Shown in pieces: positions 1 to 10,445 of a DNA stretch of 64,000 nucleotides. Each line of letters opens with the position of its first letter. The first letter of the stretch is position 1. Below the pieces are notes generated by a model. The model was not told where the DNA came from. It did no database searches and worked only from the letters and a program-made list of their open reading frames with translations. The translations under genes and the position numbers were made by a program. Source of the stretch: Nitrosopumilus sp. (GTDB taxonomy: Archaea > Thermoproteota > Nitrososphaeria > Nitrososphaerales > Nitrosopumilaceae); the NCBI GenBank assembly GCA_965206745.1, contig OZ242220.1, forward strand, positions 1,184,001-1,248,000, read 5' to 3'.

Positions 1-149
1 CTTACCAAAACAAGGCCAACATCAGAGTCATCAGTCAAGGTCTTTATCTCTTCAAGGGCGTTTTGGGGATTCTCAGAGATTTTTCCAGGAATTCCGGCTA
101 ATTGAAAACTAGTTACAAAGGATTTACTGCCAACAGTGAAGATTTTCAC
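1..149 (-). CDS. atpF: A/V-type ATP synthase subunit F, 5' part (runs off window start)
   Basis: Not in ORF track. Manual translation from GTG at 149: MKIFTVGSKSFVTSFQLAGIPGKISENPQNALEEIKTLTDDSDVGLVLV, the typical subunit F N-terminus (G....VTxFxLAGI). Confidence 0.85.
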   Translation of the reverse strand, partial: MKIFTVGSKSFVTSFQLAGIPGKISENPQNALEEIKTLTDDSDVGLVLV

Positions 150-237
150 AGTTGTTAATTTTGTGGGTTCTAATTTAACCCTTTTTGGAGGAAGCAGATC
201 AGGAAAGGTTGATTTAGTTTAAAAAACTAGTAAATTC

Positions 238-537
238 ATGGCAGAAATTGACACACAAAAAGAGATCTACTTGTTCCTGCATGGAAGGATGGATCTTAAG
301 GAAAAAGCCACAAATGCGTTAACTGCAAAAGGATTTGCAGGTGATAAAATCACGATGGCATCGCCAACCAAAGTTGGTAAAATAGGCGAATACATGGCAA
401 TGCTGTGGATGCCCCCAAATCCAGATCACATAAAGATTCAACAAATTACCAAGGTGGAAGAAGTAGAACCAGAAGGAATGGTCGGTCTTTGGAAAGGTGT
501 TTCGAAAGAGGATATCAGCACTATACCGCTAGAATAG
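238..537 (+). CDS. Hypothetical protein
   Basis: 99-aa ORF with protein-like composition and an AT-rich TATA-like element upstream; no recognised motif. Confidence 0.7.
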   Translation: MAEIDTQKEIYLFLHGRMDLKEKATNALTAKGFAGDKITMASPTKVGKIGEYMAMLWMPPNPDHIKIQQITKVEEVEPEGMVGLWKGVSKEDISTIPLE

Positions 538-540
538 GCT

Positions 541-792
541 TTAGCTGAATCCAGCACCAAAATCGCTACCTTTTTCCAAGACACCACTTGAATCGGAATT
601 TTTTAATTTTCTATAAAGCAGTGCCTCATAGACCATCTTCAAAGCGCTTTCATCATCAAGATCACAGTCTTCTTTGATCTGATTTTTGTATTTTTCTAAT
701 TTAGCAACATCTTGTTCATCAGGTGAAATATTATCATGAACCATGATATTTGCAATTTTTTCTATTTCAGAGTTTTGTTTGTCTTCATCCAT
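541..792 (-). CDS. Hypothetical acidic protein
   Basis: 83-aa ORF convergent with the previous gene; ends DFGAGFS. Confidence 0.7.
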   Translation of the reverse strand: MDEDKQNSEIEKIANIMVHDNISPDEQDVAKLEKYKNQIKEDCDLDDESALKMVYEALLYRKLKNSDSSGVLEKGSDFGAGFS

Positions 793-833
793 GATTTTAG
801 AAAGAATTTCTAGTTATTAACAAGTTCGAATAA

Positions 834-1136
834 TCATAAATCAGAAATTAGTGCTCCAAGAAAGTCAGAGAATTCGTCATCAGAGAAAATAATTTTCTCA
901 ATTTTGTTTTCATTTATAGCAAGTTGTGCAGATTCAAGATGATAGCAAGTCATTTTATCATTTAATTTGCCGAAATAAAAGCCAGGACAGGAACAAAAGA
1001 GACCTTCAGGATCAATCCAATGCTCTTCATTTTTGCCAACCACAGTCCAAATTTTACGTCCGGTCGGCTCAAAGATGTGCAATTTAACTCGCTTTTCTGA
1101 AATGATGGATTGGGCTCGATCCACTTCTTTGTTCAT
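834..1136 (-). CDS. SWIM zinc-finger protein
   Basis: FCSCPGF...TCYHL matches the SWIM CxCx(n)CxH signature. Confidence 0.8.
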   Translation of the reverse strand: MNKEVDRAQSIISEKRVKLHIFEPTGRKIWTVVGKNEEHWIDPEGLFCSCPGFYFGKLNDKMTCYHLESAQLAINENKIEKIIFSDDEFSDFLGALISDL

Positions 1137-1167
1137 AAGGGTTTAATCGCACATCTACAGTATAACT

Positions 1168-1920
1168 TTGATGTTGCTAACAAGAATTATCCCATCAAAG
1201 CCTGCACTAATTTTAGAAGGGGCAAAGAAAAGTTTGATAGTCACAGACATCCACATCGGATTTGAAAACAACATGGAGTCAAATGAGATTTTCATAGGCA
1301 AAAATTCAACAATCAACGAATCGATTCAAGAGTTATCAGATATGATAGATTCAGAAAGGCCAGATTCGGTGATTCTGTTAGGAGACATAAAATCAAGCAT
1401 CAAAAGCATAACAAGAAATGAGTGGGACGAGGTTCCGCTATTTTTTAAAAAAATTAGAGAGAAATGTGACGTGACGCTAATTCCGGGGAATCACGATTCA
1501 AACATACAGAAACTGGTACCAGATAACATTACGATGATCAGCTCTACAGGAATGGTTGAAGAGAATATTTTGTTGACACACGGTCATACGATGCCTTCGG
1601 AGAATTTTTCCCATGTAGATAAAATCATCATGGGACATATTCATCCAGTTTTCTTTCAAGAGGACTCCATAATTAATGGCCAAAGGGTGTGGGTGTCAAT
1701 TAAAACAGATAAAGAAAACATCTTTCCAAACAAAACAGGAGATATTGAGATAACAATCATTCCATCATTTAACAAATATTTTTATGCGACACATAAAAGA
1801 CAATATAAAAAATCCACATCTCCAATCATCAACAAAATAAAAGAAATTTCCAAAGCAAAAATAATCACACTTGATGGCACAATTATCGGCAATGAGTCAA
1901 ACATCAACCAAGTGATTTGA
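1168..1920 (+). CDS. Calcineurin-like metallophosphoesterase
   Basis: DIHIG, LLGD, GNHD, THGH and GHIHP motifs. Confidence 0.88.
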   Translation: MMLLTRIIPSKPALILEGAKKSLIVTDIHIGFENNMESNEIFIGKNSTINESIQELSDMIDSERPDSVILLGDIKSSIKSITRNEWDEVPLFFKKIREKCDVTLIPGNHDSNIQKLVPDNITMISSTGMVEENILLTHGHTMPSENFSHVDKIIMGHIHPVFFQEDSIINGQRVWVSIKTDKENIFPNKTGDIEITIIPSFNKYFYATHKRQYKKSTSPIINKIKEISKAKIITLDGTIIGNESNINQVI

Positions 1921-2011
1921 TCAGATACAGTGCAGATCAAAAATTTCAAAAATGCACTCTGCAGAAAAGTCAGTAAAGTTGCTCAGAAAATGCTTGTATT
2001 CAGATTTAGAA

Positions 2012-5000
2012 TCAATCATATTTGTCATAAGGCTCGATTGGATCCTTTGTGGTATTATTATCTCTTAACCATTCCAATGTTTTTACAAAAGAATCAGCCA
2101 ACTCAATGGTAGTCAAGACAGGAATTCCTAATTCGAGTGATTTTCGCCTTATCAAGTATTCATCATCAAGCATTCCGACATATTTTTCCAAAGTGGACGT
2201 ACTTGGAATATTAATAATAAAGTCAATTTTCCGCTCATACAACAGATCAGATATGTTGGGTTTCCGCTCAGGTTCTGAAATTTTATGGACAATCTCAACT
2301 TGGCCGATCTTCTCCTCAAAGAATTCTGCTGTGTGTTCTGTTGCCAATATTTTGAATCCCAACTGCTTTAGTTTTGCAATAGTTGCAACTAACTTTTCCT
2401 TATTTTGCGCACCACCGACAGTTACAAGTGCAGATCCTTTGTCTGGAAGAGTGTATCCAACAGAGGTCAATCCTTTTGATAATGCGTCATAAAAGCTATT
2501 TCCAAAACATGCAGCCTCCCCAGTGGATTGCATTTCAACGCCCAATGCAATGTCGGCCCCCTCTAGTTGCATAAATGAGAATTGAGGTACCTTGATTCCA
2601 TAATTGGAGATTTTTTGCCACTTGTTTTCAGGTATTTTGGGCAGAGGCTTGTCCAATATGGCCTTGGCGGCAAGTGAAATCAGGTTTGTTTTGACCAGTT
2701 TTGATACAAAAGGCATTGAACGAGACGCCCTGATGTTGAGTTCGATCACATAGACGTGATCATCATGGATTAAAAATTGTAAATTAAACGGTCCTTTGAC
2801 GTTAAATGTTAATGCAATCTTTTTTGAGTATTCATTGATTGTCTCAATAGTTTTGTTGCTTAGACGCCATGGCGGAATGACCATCATGGCATCCCCAGAG
2901 TGAACGCCTGCACTGTCAATATGCTCCACAATTGCTCCAATGACAACCTCTTTGCCGTTACTTATGCCGTCTACATCAACCTCAAGAGAGTTTAGCATGA
3001 ACTTGGAAATGACTACGGGATGATCAGGGGACACGTCAGATGCCTCTTTGACATAGGTTTTTAGTTCTTCTTGAGACCAGACGACTTTCATTGCAGCACC
3101 AGATAAAACATATGACGGCCTTACAATTACAGGGAATTCGACATTCTGGGCAAAAGATTTTGCTTCATTTAGATTTGAAAATGCCTGCCACAATGGTTGC
3201 TGTATGTGAAGCTTGTCAAGCTCCGCACTAAATTTGGAACGGTCTTCGGCTCTGTCAACATCCTGTGCACTGGTACCCAAGATATTTACACCGTGTTGTG
3301 CAAGGTTTGGAGTTAGGTTGTTGGCAGTTTGTCCCCCAACGCATGTAATGATTCCTTTTGGGTGTTCAAATTCGATAATGTCCAGTATCCTTTCGTGGGT
3401 TAATTCTTCAAAATACAGTCTTGTGCAAATATCATAATCAGTTGAGACTGTTTCAGGATTACAGTTGACCACCGAGACATTTTTTTCCCCATTCTCTTGA
3501 AGACCCCAGACCATGTTAACTGTGCTCCAATCAAACTCAACACTGCTTCCGATTCTATACGGTCCTGCACCAAGTACAACAATTCCCTTTTCATCTGGAG
3601 GGATTACGACATCATTTGAGTATCCGCCATATGTCAAATACAGGTAGTTGGTGACTGCAGGCCATTCAGCGGCAAGTGTGTCAATCTGCTTGACAGCAGG
3701 AATTACGCCTAATTTCTTCCTCAAGTCACGTATTTGGTCAGGAGTTTTGTCTTTAGCACGTGCAATTTGCTTATCTGAAAAGCCTGTTTTTTTGGCTTCC
3801 CACATGAGGGATTCGTCAAGATTGGAATTGCTGATCTTTTCCTCAACCCTGACGATATTTTGTATCTTTTCCACAAACCAAGGATCGACTGTGGATAGTT
3901 TGTAAATTTGTTGGACTGAAATTCCCATCTTCAAAGCTATTGCAACATAATATAGAATATGATCATCATGGTGAGACAGTTTGTATTCAATCTCCTCTTC
4001 AGTGTATTTTTTTCCGTTTGAGCGATTCAGAACCAAGCCATCATTTCCAATATCCAGCATTCGAATTGCCTTTTGGAATGATTCCTCAAAGGTTCGACCT
4101 ACTGCCATCACCTCCCCTACGGATTTCATCGTGGGTCCAAGTCTTCTATTTACAAGCTCAAATTTATCAAAATCCCACCTAGGATGCTTACACACAATAT
4201 AATCCAGAGAGGGTTCAAAGCAGGCCGTAGTATTTTTGGTAATTCTATTAACAAGCTCAGATAAATTGTAACCTAGTCCAATTTTTGCAGACATGTATGC
4301 CAACGGATATCCGGTTGCTTTGCTTGCCAATGCAGATGAACGAGAAAGCCGAGGGTTAATTTCAATTGCAACGTATTTGTCAGAATCAGGAGCTAGCGCG
4401 TATTGGATATTGCATTCGCCAACTATTCCCACGTGTTTTGTGGCACGAAGTGCTGCAGAACGCAACATGTGGTATTCGTGATTGTCAATTGTTTGTGATG
4501 GTGCAACTACAATGTTATCACCAGTGTGGGCCTTCATGGATAGTACATTTTCCATATTGCAAACGATCACATTATTTCCATCATAATCTTGCATTACTTC
4601 GTATTCGATCTGTTTCCAGTGGCCAATGTATTCCTCAACTAGCACTTGGCCAACAAGACTTGCTTTGAGGCCACGCTCGACGATCTCATGTAATTCAATT
4701 TCATTATATGCAACACCGCCTCCCCGCCCTCCAAGGGTATACGCAACGCGAATAATTACAGGATAGGTTAGCTCTTTTGCAATCTTTTTTGCATCCTCAA
4801 AATTAGTTACAGTCTTACTTTTTAAAACAGGCACGTTTGATTCATTCATAGAATCTTTGAAAAGTTGCCTGTCTTCGGTTTTCTTAATGCCTGCAATCGG
4901 AGTCCCAAGTACGCTTACACCGTACTTTTTGAGTATGTCGGATTCATCGAGGTTAACTCCGCAATTCAGGGCAGTCTGCCCACCATATGCCAGCATTATT

Positions 5001-5254
5001 CCATCTGGGCGTTCCTTTTCAATAATGGATTCGACATACTCTGCATTTACTGGTAGCAGATACACTTGATCTGCAAACCTAGTGTCAGTCTGAATGGTGG
5101 CAATGTTTGGATTGATTAGTACGCTGCGGATTCCATCCTCATGTATCGCTTTAAGACACTGACTTCCAGAGTAATCAAATTCCCCGGCTTCACCGATTTT
5201 AATTGCACCGCTTCCCAATACAAGGATTTTCTTTAATGACTCATTTTTTGGCAA
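2012..5254 (-). CDS. carB: Carbamoyl-phosphate synthase large subunit
   Basis: GSGAIKIGEAGEFDYSGSQ, two ATP-grasp domains and C-terminal MGS domain; 1080 aa; TTG start. Confidence 0.98.
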   Translation of the reverse strand: MPKNESLKKILVLGSGAIKIGEAGEFDYSGSQCLKAIHEDGIRSVLINPNIATIQTDTRFADQVYLLPVNAEYVESIIEKERPDGIMLAYGGQTALNCGVNLDESDILKKYGVSVLGTPIAGIKKTEDRQLFKDSMNESNVPVLKSKTVTNFEDAKKIAKELTYPVIIRVAYTLGGRGGGVAYNEIELHEIVERGLKASLVGQVLVEEYIGHWKQIEYEVMQDYDGNNVIVCNMENVLSMKAHTGDNIVVAPSQTIDNHEYHMLRSAALRATKHVGIVGECNIQYALAPDSDKYVAIEINPRLSRSSALASKATGYPLAYMSAKIGLGYNLSELVNRITKNTTACFEPSLDYIVCKHPRWDFDKFELVNRRLGPTMKSVGEVMAVGRTFEESFQKAIRMLDIGNDGLVLNRSNGKKYTEEEIEYKLSHHDDHILYYVAIALKMGISVQQIYKLSTVDPWFVEKIQNIVRVEEKISNSNLDESLMWEAKKTGFSDKQIARAKDKTPDQIRDLRKKLGVIPAVKQIDTLAAEWPAVTNYLYLTYGGYSNDVVIPPDEKGIVVLGAGPYRIGSSVEFDWSTVNMVWGLQENGEKNVSVVNCNPETVSTDYDICTRLYFEELTHERILDIIEFEHPKGIITCVGGQTANNLTPNLAQHGVNILGTSAQDVDRAEDRSKFSAELDKLHIQQPLWQAFSNLNEAKSFAQNVEFPVIVRPSYVLSGAAMKVVWSQEELKTYVKEASDVSPDHPVVISKFMLNSLEVDVDGISNGKEVVIGAIVEHIDSAGVHSGDAMMVIPPWRLSNKTIETINEYSKKIALTFNVKGPFNLQFLIHDDHVYVIELNIRASRSMPFVSKLVKTNLISLAAKAILDKPLPKIPENKWQKISNYGIKVPQFSFMQLEGADIALGVEMQSTGEAACFGNSFYDALSKGLTSVGYTLPDKGSALVTVGGAQNKEKLVATIAKLKQLGFKILATEHTAEFFEEKIGQVEIVHKISEPERKPNISDLLYERKIDFIINIPSTSTLEKYVGMLDDEYLIRRKSLELGIPVLTTIELADSFVKTLEWLRDNNTTKDPIEPYDKYD

Positions 5255-5258
5255 TTAT

Positions 5259-6398
5259 TTATTTCTCCATTAGGTGTTTGAGCTCTTCAAAGACGAATTT
5301 GCAATCAAAAGGACCAGGTGCAGCTTCTGGATGGAACTGTACTGCAATGCAATTCTGTTGTTTGTGTTTAATCCCCTCAACTGTTTTATCATCTGCGTTT
5401 GTAAACCATAATTTGAAATCGGATCTTTCTATAGATTCAGGGGTTATGCCATACCCATGATTCTGACTTGTCACATATACTTGATTATTTTCTAAATTGA
5501 CACAGGGTTTGTTTTGACCACGATGACCATACTTTAGTTTGTAAGTTTCGGTGTTTCCCGCAATACCAATAATTTGTGCACCCAAACAGATACCAAGGGT
5601 AGGAACATTGTTTTTAATTAATTTTTTGGCAGTCTCAATCGTGTCAGGACATTTTTGCGGATCCCCAGGTCCGCTACTGAGAATAACACCGCAAGGATTG
5701 TAAGACATTATTTTTTCATAAGTGGTATTCCAAGGGACTAAAATTGCCTTGTAACCCAATTCACGAACATTTCTAATAATAGCATTTTTTGCACCTGTGT
5801 CAATTACAACGACAGATTTTTCCTCATTTCCATAGATTCGTGCTTCCTTTGTAGAGACTGCATCCATGAATTGTTCTGAATCATAGTGTTTTGCAGACTC
5901 TAGTTGTTTTTTAACGGATTCAACGTCTATCTCAGCATCAGAGACGACCAGAGCGGCCATCATCACTCCGCCAGTTCGAAGCTTTTTGGTTAATTCACGG
6001 GTATCGATTCCAGAAATGCCCGGCACCCCTTCATTGTTCATCCATTCATCCAAAGTCATCGAGAGGTTCCAATGGCTTGCAGTCAGGGATAGCTCATGTA
6101 CGACCAAGCCGCGAATCTGTATTTTGTCAGATTCAAAGAATTTTGAGATTCCATCATCATCAGCAATTGATGGATCAGGAATGCCATAATTCCCAACAAG
6201 CGGATAAGTCAAAGTAAGGATTTGGCCATTGTAGGAGGGATCAGTTAATGCCTCAGTATATCCAACCATCCCAGTATTGAAGACAATCTCTCCAAAAACA
6301 GACGTGGAATATCCAAAGCCCTGACCATCAAGAACGGTACCATCATCAAAAATGAGTTTTCCAAACTTGTTTGCGTGGCTTGATTTCTTTATAGTAAT
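5259..6398 (-). CDS. carA: Carbamoyl-phosphate synthase small subunit (5' end extended beyond ORF-track ATG at 6269; start codon uncertain)
   Basis: GICLG catalytic Cys, SQNHG and QFHPE motifs. The frame stays open upstream of 6269 with the conserved GKLIFDDGTVLDGQGFG...GEIVFNTG segment; putative ATT start at 6398. Confidence 0.93.
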   Translation of the reverse strand: MTIKKSSHANKFGKLIFDDGTVLDGQGFGYSTSVFGEIVFNTGMVGYTEALTDPSYNGQILTLTYPLVGNYGIPDPSIADDDGISKFFESDKIQIRGLVVHELSLTASHWNLSMTLDEWMNNEGVPGISGIDTRELTKKLRTGGVMMAALVVSDAEIDVESVKKQLESAKHYDSEQFMDAVSTKEARIYGNEEKSVVVIDTGAKNAIIRNVRELGYKAILVPWNTTYEKIMSYNPCGVILSSGPGDPQKCPDTIETAKKLIKNNVPTLGICLGAQIIGIAGNTETYKLKYGHRGQNKPCVNLENNQVYVTSQNHGYGITPESIERSDFKLWFTNADDKTVEGIKHKQQNCIAVQFHPEAAPGPFDCKFVFEELKHLMEK

Positions 6399-6488
6399 TG
6401 TGACCCTCGTAAAGTCCGAGTTACTATGAATTTAAGTTTTATGCGTAAATAGAATTCAAATGGCTGATCGCAAGGTAAAATTGAGCAA

Positions 6489-7682
6489 TCAAAGAGCTTG
6501 GAACTCGTCGCTCCATTTATGATAAGCACGAATCATTTCAAGCGACACGCTAGGTTTTCGCCTCTCCATGATGTCTTTAAAATCAGCTGTGGTGAGTTCT
6601 CTTGGCTGAAGTGGCGCCTCACCTTCAACGGGTTCATGATAATCAGGGGCATCGAAAATTTCATGTACGGTCTTAATCTGGGCTGCCTGGCAGACATCTT
6701 TGATATCACTTGCACTATACCCATCAAATAATTTTGCCAATTCAGTATTGTTGACTTTGTAATTTTTACTCAGAGGGGCAGTGTATTGTTCAAACAGATT
6801 TTCCCTGGCTTCCAGAGTAGGCAATGATACGTAAATTCTCTTTTGGAATCTTCGAAGGAATGGCCAATCAAGACTCCAAGGCTTGTTTGTTGCGCCAATC
6901 ACATACAACATCAATTGTTTTCCCTTTCCATTGACCCCGTCCATCTCAGTCAAGAATTGGTTTTTAGTTCTAACTTCCCCCCCGACTTCGCTATTTCTAG
7001 AGCCTAACAAGGAATCAACTTCATCTACAAACAAAATAACGGGTTTGTTTTCTTTCTCAGCATACTGTCTTGCCATAGCAAATAATTTTGAAACATTCTT
7101 TTCTGCCTCACCAAGCCATTTGCTCATCATGGATGAGGCATCTACGTTTATGAAATATCCATCCATCTCATTTGCAGTGGCAGCTGCAAGCATTGTCTTT
7201 CCAGTTCCCGGCGGACCATAAAGCAACATTCCTTTTGGCCATCCAAGAGGAAACAGATGAGGTACTTTGGTAGGATATACGATTGATTCACGTAATGCTC
7301 TTTTGGCATCATCTAAACCAATTACCTGATCCCATGTGACATCAGGTTTTTCTTTCATTATTAGTTCTTCAAAATCATTTTCATTTTCTTGCCTCTGAAC
7401 AGATTTCTTTTGTTCATCTACAGATGCCTTTGGATCAACTGCAGGCTCAACGCCATGAGATTGCTGCAAAGATTGAATTCTATTATGGTAGGAGTTACAT
7501 CGTTCTTTGTAAATTTGATTCAGTTTGCTAGTCGGATAAAGCTGTAGTAATTTTACGAGTGAGTCTATTGCCTGCTGATAGTGGGTAATTGCCATTCCGC
7601 GCGCACCTTGGGAATCAAACTTGATGGCTTCAGAAGCATAACGGCTTGCTGTGTTTTCCAATTCTTGTGGGGCCAGACTCAT
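6489..7682 (-). CDS. cdvC: CdvC / Vps4 AAA+ ATPase with N-terminal MIT domain
   Basis: MIT helical bundle (ASEAIKFDSQG...AITHYQQAID), Walker A GPPGTGKT, SKWLGE, Walker B FVDEVD, ATNKPW, RRFQKRIY. Confidence 0.95.
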   Translation of the reverse strand: MSLAPQELENTASRYASEAIKFDSQGARGMAITHYQQAIDSLVKLLQLYPTSKLNQIYKERCNSYHNRIQSLQQSHGVEPAVDPKASVDEQKKSVQRQENENDFEELIMKEKPDVTWDQVIGLDDAKRALRESIVYPTKVPHLFPLGWPKGMLLYGPPGTGKTMLAAATANEMDGYFINVDASSMMSKWLGEAEKNVSKLFAMARQYAEKENKPVILFVDEVDSLLGSRNSEVGGEVRTKNQFLTEMDGVNGKGKQLMLYVIGATNKPWSLDWPFLRRFQKRIYVSLPTLEARENLFEQYTAPLSKNYKVNNTELAKLFDGYSASDIKDVCQAAQIKTVHEIFDAPDYHEPVEGEAPLQPRELTTADFKDIMERRKPSVSLEMIRAYHKWSDEFQAL

Positions 7683-7691
7683 TTTAATTAC

Positions 7692-8177
7692 CTACGCAGT
7701 CTCCTCTTGAGAATTTTGTTGGTATTCTACGGTGTTAATGTCTGTCACAAAATTGGTTAAATTAATTGCACTTGTTTCATGCTTATTATAGTCAGGTCCA
7801 TCACGGTACTTTTTTTTAAAATCAGACTTGTCAGAGATATGGGCATGCATATCCTTGACCTTGTTAATAGAGTCCTCAGCTGAGATTATCAACTCGGAGA
7901 CCTCATCATCCAAATTTTCAAGGGAACTGGCAGTTTCGTTGATTATCAAGGCAAAATGCTTCAGAATCAAGCGCATCTCTTTTTTATCGGCATATTTGCA
8001 CAGCATAAAATCAGCAATTCCGACAATTTTGTTCAAATCCTGCAATTCTTCTAAAGAAAGCTTCTCAATGGCAGAGTCCTCAGATGGCCTTACTTTAGAT
8101 AGCTTTTTGTCAATTTTTGAGGAGATGGACCTAATACGTTCAATGTCTTTTGAAAAATCTCGTTTTTGATTTAGCAT
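7692..8177 (-). CDS. Hypothetical coiled-coil protein in the cdv operon
   Basis: 161-aa helical ORF packed between the CdvB-like gene (1-nt gap) and cdvC (9-nt gap). Confidence 0.75.
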   Translation of the reverse strand: MLNQKRDFSKDIERIRSISSKIDKKLSKVRPSEDSAIEKLSLEELQDLNKIVGIADFMLCKYADKKEMRLILKHFALIINETASSLENLDDEVSELIISAEDSINKVKDMHAHISDKSDFKKKYRDGPDYNKHETSAINLTNFVTDINTVEYQQNSQEETA

Positions 8178-8178
8178 C

Positions 8179-8754
8179 TCAGGTATTGCATAATTTCAAA
8201 AAATCAAGATTAGGGTACTGCTTACTTAATTTAGAGCACGCCATCAATTTTACTTTATTAAGATTGATGGATGACTCTGAATTTGAGTGGCCAAAATCGA
8301 ATTTGGAGGTCATAAGAGCAGCAGAATCTATTGCAATACTGCCCAAATGGACAGATAACTCAGATAATTTTTGGCTACAGTTTGGAACAACATTAAACAG
8401 TTGTGCGCTGACGGTCCGGATCATGGGAATTACGGAAGGTAAAACTTCAGGGATATTTCCTATATTGGAGATTTGCTCCACGTTCTTTTTCACATAAAGC
8501 AGGGTTTCCAAGGAAAACACCACAAGATACTCTAGTTTCAAGGCGTCAACTTCAAGTTTGTCTGATTCATCAAAATCAAGGATCAAGTCAGCGTTTGATT
8601 TTTTTAATCGGATTCGCTTATCGAAGAGAACGCCGATGATATCATCTAAGAGATTTACAGAGTATTTCAATCTAGGAACAAGGGTCACAGAATGGGAGAT
8701 ATTTTCAAGTTCCATTGGGTTGACACAGTATTTTACCAACATAACAAATAGCAC
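8179..8754 (-). CDS. Divergent CdvB / ESCRT-III (Snf7-like) paralogue; start may be ATG at 8715
   Basis: ISNIGNIPEVLPSVIPMIRTVSAQLFNVVPNCSQKLSELSVHLGSIAIDS...SNSESSINL...KLSKQYPNL resembles, by eye, the CdvB core (ELGDVVVTL.P....I......MMP.A......LG.I..DS...N.EA..IL......FP.L). Lies upstream of cdvC. Confidence 0.7.
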   Translation of the reverse strand: MLFVMLVKYCVNPMELENISHSVTLVPRLKYSVNLLDDIIGVLFDKRIRLKKSNADLILDFDESDKLEVDALKLEYLVVFSLETLLYVKKNVEQISNIGNIPEVLPSVIPMIRTVSAQLFNVVPNCSQKLSELSVHLGSIAIDSAALMTSKFDFGHSNSESSINLNKVKLMACSKLSKQYPNLDFLKLCNT

Positions 8755-8901
8755 TTTCAGATTTCATATATGAGCACTGTGTATCAAATAATTTAGTAAC
8801 CACAGTTACACCTGCCAGCAGATACAATTTTGATTTTTTTTGAGTATTTGTGTAAAGGAATTTAGCTCTCAATTTTACCTAATAATAAATCAAGGTTAAT
8901 C

Positions 8902-10062
8902 ATGGCAAATGAGCACGTTTTAACAGTCAGTCTTGAGGAATTTGGGTTAAGCAAGTACGAGGCACAGGCATATGTGGCATTAATCTCAAAAGGCACCATT
9001 TCAGCAGGGGAGCTGGCATATTATTCAGAGATTCCACGGACGAAAATTTATCCGACGCTACTGAAACTAGAAAATAAAAAGCTGGTAATTATTTCAAAAA
9101 GCAAGCCAATCATGTGCACGGCAATTGCACCAGAGGATGCTTTTGATGGCATAATTCATGAGCAAATCAACAAGGTAAATGCGATGAATGCGTTGATTTC
9201 AAATTTAAAGAAGACAAGTGAGGAAAGCAGGAAATCTAGGGGTTCAGAAGAAAAGAGGTATTTTCATATGAGTGCAAACAATGTCTTGCCACAGCTACAA
9301 ACAATGATTGACGGTTCAAAGTCATCAATCAAGATCATGACAGACCAGTGGGGATTAGGGCTATTAGCAGAATGCAAAGACCAGTTATTATCAGTATTAC
9401 GCCGCAATCTAGATGTCAAAGTTCTAGTATCACCATCACAGATCTGTTCTGAATCATTTAGAGTGATTCCAGACGAAGTGGAGATCAGAGCATCGGAGAT
9501 CACACAGAACTGCTTTATTTTTGATGAGACAGAGTTACTGATAATAAACAACAGCAACGGCAAAGGGGCCATTTTCTCATCTACAGAAATTCTAGGAACG
9601 AATCAAGAAAAAGTATTTTCAAATATCTGGAAGAACGCGACAAAAACCAAAGCTCTGGCAGACATGACAAAAACTGAAGCACAGGAGATTTACAAGATCA
9701 TCAAAATTGTCAACGAGACAGGTCTAATGTACTTGCTAAACTCGACAATGATAACTAAAAAACCGGAGGCAGACATGTTTAAACTTTTAGAAAAAAATGG
9801 AATAGCATTAAAATCAAAAACATTGGACGACATGATTGGAATGATGGATGCCGTGATGCAGATTACATGCTCAGGCCATGTTAATTTCGAGGCAAATACC
9901 AAAAACATCACAATAGAGTCAAAATTAAACAGCGGTCATTCACTGCCGTGGGCATCTATTTTAGATGGATGTCTTCAAAAACAGGGATACAAAACAAGAA
10001 CAGTGTATCAGAACAATTCGGCCAAAGGTGAAAAAATCCATATCAAAATAAGTAAAAATTAG
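8902..10062 (+). CDS. TrmB-family transcriptional regulator
   Basis: LEEFGLSKYEAQAYVALI...SEIPRTKIYPTLLKLENK wHTH followed by an effector domain. Confidence 0.9.
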   Translation: MANEHVLTVSLEEFGLSKYEAQAYVALISKGTISAGELAYYSEIPRTKIYPTLLKLENKKLVIISKSKPIMCTAIAPEDAFDGIIHEQINKVNAMNALISNLKKTSEESRKSRGSEEKRYFHMSANNVLPQLQTMIDGSKSSIKIMTDQWGLGLLAECKDQLLSVLRRNLDVKVLVSPSQICSESFRVIPDEVEIRASEITQNCFIFDETELLIINNSNGKGAIFSSTEILGTNQEKVFSNIWKNATKTKALADMTKTEAQEIYKIIKIVNETGLMYLLNSTMITKKPEADMFKLLEKNGIALKSKTLDDMIGMMDAVMQITCSGHVNFEANTKNITIESKLNSGHSLPWASILDGCLQKQGYKTRTVYQNNSAKGEKIHIKISKN

Positions 10063-10445
10063 AAGAAAGACAGAACACACCAAAAAGCTTGGGGCATTCA
10101 GTTTTTTGAGATTATCACAGGAGAGTCAGATGTGCTTTGAAGACAGATTTGCCCTCTACAAACATGTGTGATTCTTTTGCCAATTTTGCATAAATGCCGT
10201 CACGATGCCAGATTAACTCCATAGTAGAGAGGTTATCTTGGCAAAATATCTGTTTAATGCCTGCCCATCTAATTCTTCATCATGAAATAACAACGCAATG
10301 TCGAATTTACAACAGATGCCCATGTAAAACAGGTAAGAAGTGTACAGGATGTCTCGTTTTCACACCTGCAAAGCATCAACAGGCTCCATGAAGCACAAAA
10401 TTTCCAGGTCATCACCAATAAATAATTCCAATCAATGGATATAGC

